A program made the translations under genes and the position numbers. 64,000 nt of DNA from an uncultured Bacteroidales bacterium (GTDB lineage Bacteria > Bacteroidota > Bacteroidia > Bacteroidales > UBA932): assembly GCA_944326225.1 (NCBI GenBank), contig CALVDI010000006.1, forward strand, positions 1,981 to 65,980, read 5' to 3'. This document shows, piece after piece, positions 60,916-64,000 of the stretch. Under the pieces are notes generated by a model. That model was not told the DNA's origin, made no database searches, and worked only from the letters and a program-made list of their open reading frames with translations. Each line of letters starts with the position of its first letter. Position 1 is the first letter of the stretch.

Positions 60916-63900
60916 ATGTTTAAAGAATATAAAGGATTGGACCTTACGGGCCTGTCGGCCGAGGTTCTGGACAGCTGGAAGAAGCAGGATATATTTCACA
61001 AGACCCTTCAGATGAGGGAGGGAGCGCCTGAGTATGTGTTTTTCGAGGGACCTCCTTCGGCCAACGGTATGCCGGGCATCCACCATGTGATGGCCCGCTC
61101 GATAAAGGATGTGATATGCCGCTTCAAGACTCAGTCCGGATATCATGTCAGCCGCAAGGCCGGATGGGACACACACGGTCTGCCCGTGGAGTTGGGAGTG
61201 GAGAAGATGCTCGGCATCACCAAGGATGACATAGGCAAGAAGATATCCGTAGCCGAATACAACTCCATCTGCCGCCGCGAGGTCATGAAATACACCAAGG
61301 AATGGGTCAACCTGACCGAGCGCGTGGGCTACTGGGTGGATACCGACAATCCTTATATCACATACGACAACCGTTACATAGAGACACTGTGGTATCTGCT
61401 CAAGGAGATATACAAGAAAGGTTATCTGTATAAGGGATACTCCATACAGCCTTATTCTCCGGCAGCGGGTACAGGCCTGAGTACACACGAGCTCAACCAG
61501 CCCGGCTGCTACCGGGACGTGAAGGACACGACTGCGGTCGTACAGTTCAAGGTAATCCGTGACGATGTTTCCGAGCCGTTTTTTCAGAAAGCCGGAGGGG
61601 ATCCCCTCTACTTCATCGCCTGGACTACTACCCCCTGGACCCTGCCTTCCAATACCGCCCTGTGTGTAGGCCCCGGCATCGAGTACGTCCTGGTGCGCTC
61701 CTCGAATCCCTACACCGGTCTTCCCGGTGTCTATGTCGTCGCAAAGGCGCTGGTTCACGACCATTTCAACGGAAAAGTGCCTTTCGAAGTGCTTGAAGGC
61801 TCATATAAGGGCACCGACCTTGTAGGTATGCGCTACGAGCAGCTGATCCCCTGGGTACGTCCGGACGAGGGTGCTTTCCGAGTGATTCCCGGAGACTACG
61901 TGACCACGGACGAGGGCACCACAGGTATTGTCCACATTGCCCCTACATTCGGTGCCGACGACGCCAAGGTGGCCCGCCAGAGCGGAGTGCCCGCCCTGAT
62001 GGTGCGTGATGCTGCCGGAGTGATGCAGGCCCAGGTGGACCGTCACGGCAAGATGTACCGCATAGAGGACCTTGATCCGGAATTTGTCCGCGAGAGGGTG
62101 GACGTGGATCTGTACAGGGAGTTCGCCGGACGTTATGTCAAGAATGCCTACGATCCGGAGGCTACGCCCGAGACTCCGACTATCGACGTGGATATCTGCG
62201 TGATGCTCAAGGGCCAGAACAAGGCCTTCAAGATAGAGAAGCACGTACACTCCTATCCTCATTGCTGGAGGACCGACAAGCCCGTGCTGTATTATCCTTT
62301 GGATTCGTGGTTTATCCGCACTACCGCAGTGCAGGACCGTCTGATAGAACTCAACAGGACCATAGAGTGGAAGCCGGCCTCCACCGGCAGCGGCCGTTTC
62401 GGCAAGTGGCTGGAGAACCTGCAGGACTGGAATCTTTCCCGCAGCCGTTATTGGGGAACCCCCCTGCCTGTATGGAGGACAGAAGACGGAGCCGAGGAGA
62501 AGTGCATAGGTTCCGTAGCGGAACTCTACGCCGAGATAGACAAGGCGGTGGCCGCCGGCATCATGCAGGAGAATCCGCTGGCCGCAGCCGGATTTGTTCC
62601 CGGAGATTATTCCAAGGAGAATTACGACCGCATCGATCTGCACAGGCCGTATGTGGATGAGATATATCTGGTGTCCGACAAGGGACGGAAGATGGTGCGT
62701 GAGACCGACCTGATAGACGTGTGGTTCGACTCAGGCTCCATGCCCTATGCCCAGGAGGGGCTGCAGGCTCTCGGCACTCCCAAGTTCGGCCAGACCGCTG
62801 ACTTCATAGCCGAGGGAGTGGACCAGACCCGCGGATGGTTCTTCACTTTGCACGCCATCCATACGATGATAAGCGACAGCGTGGCTTTCAGAAGAGTCAT
62901 CTCCAACGGACTGGTGCTGGACAAGGACGGCAACAAGATGAGCAAGCGTCTGGGCAATGCCGTAGACCCGTTCAAGGCTCTGGACAATTACGGTCCGGAT
63001 GCACTGCGCTGGTACATGCTCACCAACTCCCAGCCCTGGGACAACCTCAAGTTCGACGAGGCCGGTGTGGACGAGGTGCGCCGCAAGTTCTTCGGAACTC
63101 TCTATAATACATATTCGTTCTTTGCCCTTTATGCCAATGTGGATGGATTTGACGGCAAGAACATGTCTCCGGTACCGGTGGCGGAGAGGCCGGAGATAGA
63201 CCGCTGGCTGATGTCCCTGCTCAATACCCTGGTCAAGAACGTCAGGGCCTGCTACGAGGATTACGACATCACCGGAGCCGGCAGGCTGATTCAGGACTTC
63301 GTATGCGACAACCTCAGCAACTGGTACGTGCGCCTGAACCGCAAGCGTTTCTGGGGCGGAAAGATGGATGCGGACAAGATGGCCGCTTATCAGACCCTTT
63401 ACTGCGCTCTGGAGACTGTGGCCGTACTGGCCGCTCCTATCGCGCCTTTCTACATGGACCGCCTGTTCTGTGACCTCAATGCCGGAACTTCCCGTCATAG
63501 CGTGGAGTCCGTGCATATGATGCCCATGCCCGAGTGCGACACCTCGTGCATCGACTCCGATCTAGAGGCCCGCATGGCTCTGGCACAGAAATCCTCCTCG
63601 ATGGTGCTGGCCCTGCGCCGCAAGGTCAACATCAAGGTCCGTCAGCCTCTGTCGCGCATGATAATCCCCGTACTGGACCCCAAGGTGGAGGAACAGTTTG
63701 AGAAGGTCCGTAATCTCGTGCTCGGCGAGGTCAATGTCAAGGAAGTGGAATATATAAAGGACACCACGGGGCTCATCACCAAGAAGATAAAACCCAATTT
63801 CAAGACTCTCGGCAAGCGTTACGGCAAGCAGATGAAGGAGATAGCGGCGTCATTCGGTACGCTGTCCCAGCAGGATATCGCTGCGGTGGAACAGGCCGGT

Positions 63901-64000
63901 CTGAAGGGCAGTCCGTATACGCTGCGTCTGCCGTCGGGAGATGTGGTTCTGGAGCCGTCCGATTACGAGGTGTCTTCTGAGGATATGCCCGGAAGGCTGG
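60916..64000 (+). CDS. ileS: Isoleucine--tRNA ligase (3' end beyond window)
   Basis: Hand translation MFKEYKGLDL...FFEGPPSANGMPGIHHVMAR (HIGH) and ...DKDGNKMSKRLGN (KMSKS). Open to the window end. Confidence 0.9.
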   Translation, partial: MFKEYKGLDLTGLSAEVLDSWKKQDIFHKTLQMREGAPEYVFFEGPPSANGMPGIHHVMARSIKDVICRFKTQSGYHVSRKAGWDTHGLPVELGVEKMLGITKDDIGKKISVAEYNSICRREVMKYTKEWVNLTERVGYWVDTDNPYITYDNRYIETLWYLLKEIYKKGYLYKGYSIQPYSPAAGTGLSTHELNQPGCYRDVKDTTAVVQFKVIRDDVSEPFFQKAGGDPLYFIAWTTTPWTLPSNTALCVGPGIEYVLVRSSNPYTGLPGVYVVAKALVHDHFNGKVPFEVLEGSYKGTDLVGMRYEQLIPWVRPDEGAFRVIPGDYVTTDEGTTGIVHIAPTFGADDAKVARQSGVPALMVRDAAGVMQAQVDRHGKMYRIEDLDPEFVRERVDVDLYREFAGRYVKNAYDPEATPETPTIDVDICVMLKGQNKAFKIEKHVHSYPHCWRTDKPVLYYPLDSWFIRTTAVQDRLIELNRTIEWKPASTGSGRFGKWLENLQDWNLSRSRYWGTPLPVWRTEDGAEEKCIGSVAELYAEIDKAVAAGIMQENPLAAAGFVPGDYSKENYDRIDLHRPYVDEIYLVSDKGRKMVRETDLIDVWFDSGSMPYAQEGLQALGTPKFGQTADFIAEGVDQTRGWFFTLHAIHTMISDSVAFRRVISNGLVLDKDGNKMSKRLGNAVDPFKALDNYGPDALRWYMLTNSQPWDNLKFDEAGVDEVRRKFFGTLYNTYSFFALYANVDGFDGKNMSPVPVAERPEIDRWLMSLLNTLVKNVRACYEDYDITGAGRLIQDFVCDNLSNWYVRLNRKRFWGGKMDADKMAAYQTLYCALETVAVLAAPIAPFYMDRLFCDLNAGTSRHSVESVHMMPMPECDTSCIDSDLEARMALAQKSSSMVLALRRKVNIKVRQPLSRMIIPVLDPKVEEQFEKVRNLVLGEVNVKEVEYIKDTTGLITKKIKPNFKTLGKRYGKQMKEIAASFGTLSQQDIAAVEQAGLKGSPYTLRLPSGDVVLEPSDYEVSSEDMPGRL

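Overview
Bacteroidales-type chromosomal segment, judged from recurrent TTTG / TAnnTTTG promoter boxes, many lipoproteins and gene content. There was no homology search; every product call rests on motifs read by eye. Most of the window is housekeeping: rsmH-mraZ, efp, cmk-ispH, lptB-dnaX, an NtrY/NtrX-like two-component pair, rlmH, der, nadE, prs, engB, xseA/xseB, a five-gene glycogen cluster, ribF, greA, HIT, tsaB, cvpA and ileS. Four accessory segments interrupt it. (A) 16.1-22.7 kb is a mosaic island of secreted proteins, lipoproteins and outer-membrane proteins built from at least four repeated sequence modules. It includes a chimeric paralog, a duplicated ~400-nt regulatory leader and a streptopain-family (C10) peptidase remnant. 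(B) 30.2-32.3 kb is a 2.07-kb AT-rich cassette carrying an ECF sigma factor and a membrane protein. It is bracketed by perfect 54-bp direct repeats of the xseA 3' end, has no recombinase, and is followed by a HigB/HigA-like toxin-antitoxin pair, so xseA and xseB are split apart. (C) 45.4-51.5 kb is a low-GC six-gene operon: a signal-anchored 4-Cys peptide, a beta-propeller protein, a GLPGLI protein, a CxxC thioredoxin-like protein, an accessory S26 signal peptidase and a CarboxypepD_reg outer-membrane barrel. This is my best candidate for an undescribed peptide maturation/export or uptake system. (D) 54.4-59.8 kb holds a C39-peptidase ABC exporter, a membrane fusion protein and TolC, with two double-glycine-leader peptides. 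One of them (56 aa) is below the ORF-track cutoff, and the pair looks like a two-peptide bacteriocin. Smaller observations: a terminator-like attenuator in the greA leader, a GT3 synthase / GT35 phosphorylase fusion, candidate leaderless mRNAs, and palindromic overlapping stop codons at convergent genes. I found no rRNA, tRNA or CRISPR array.
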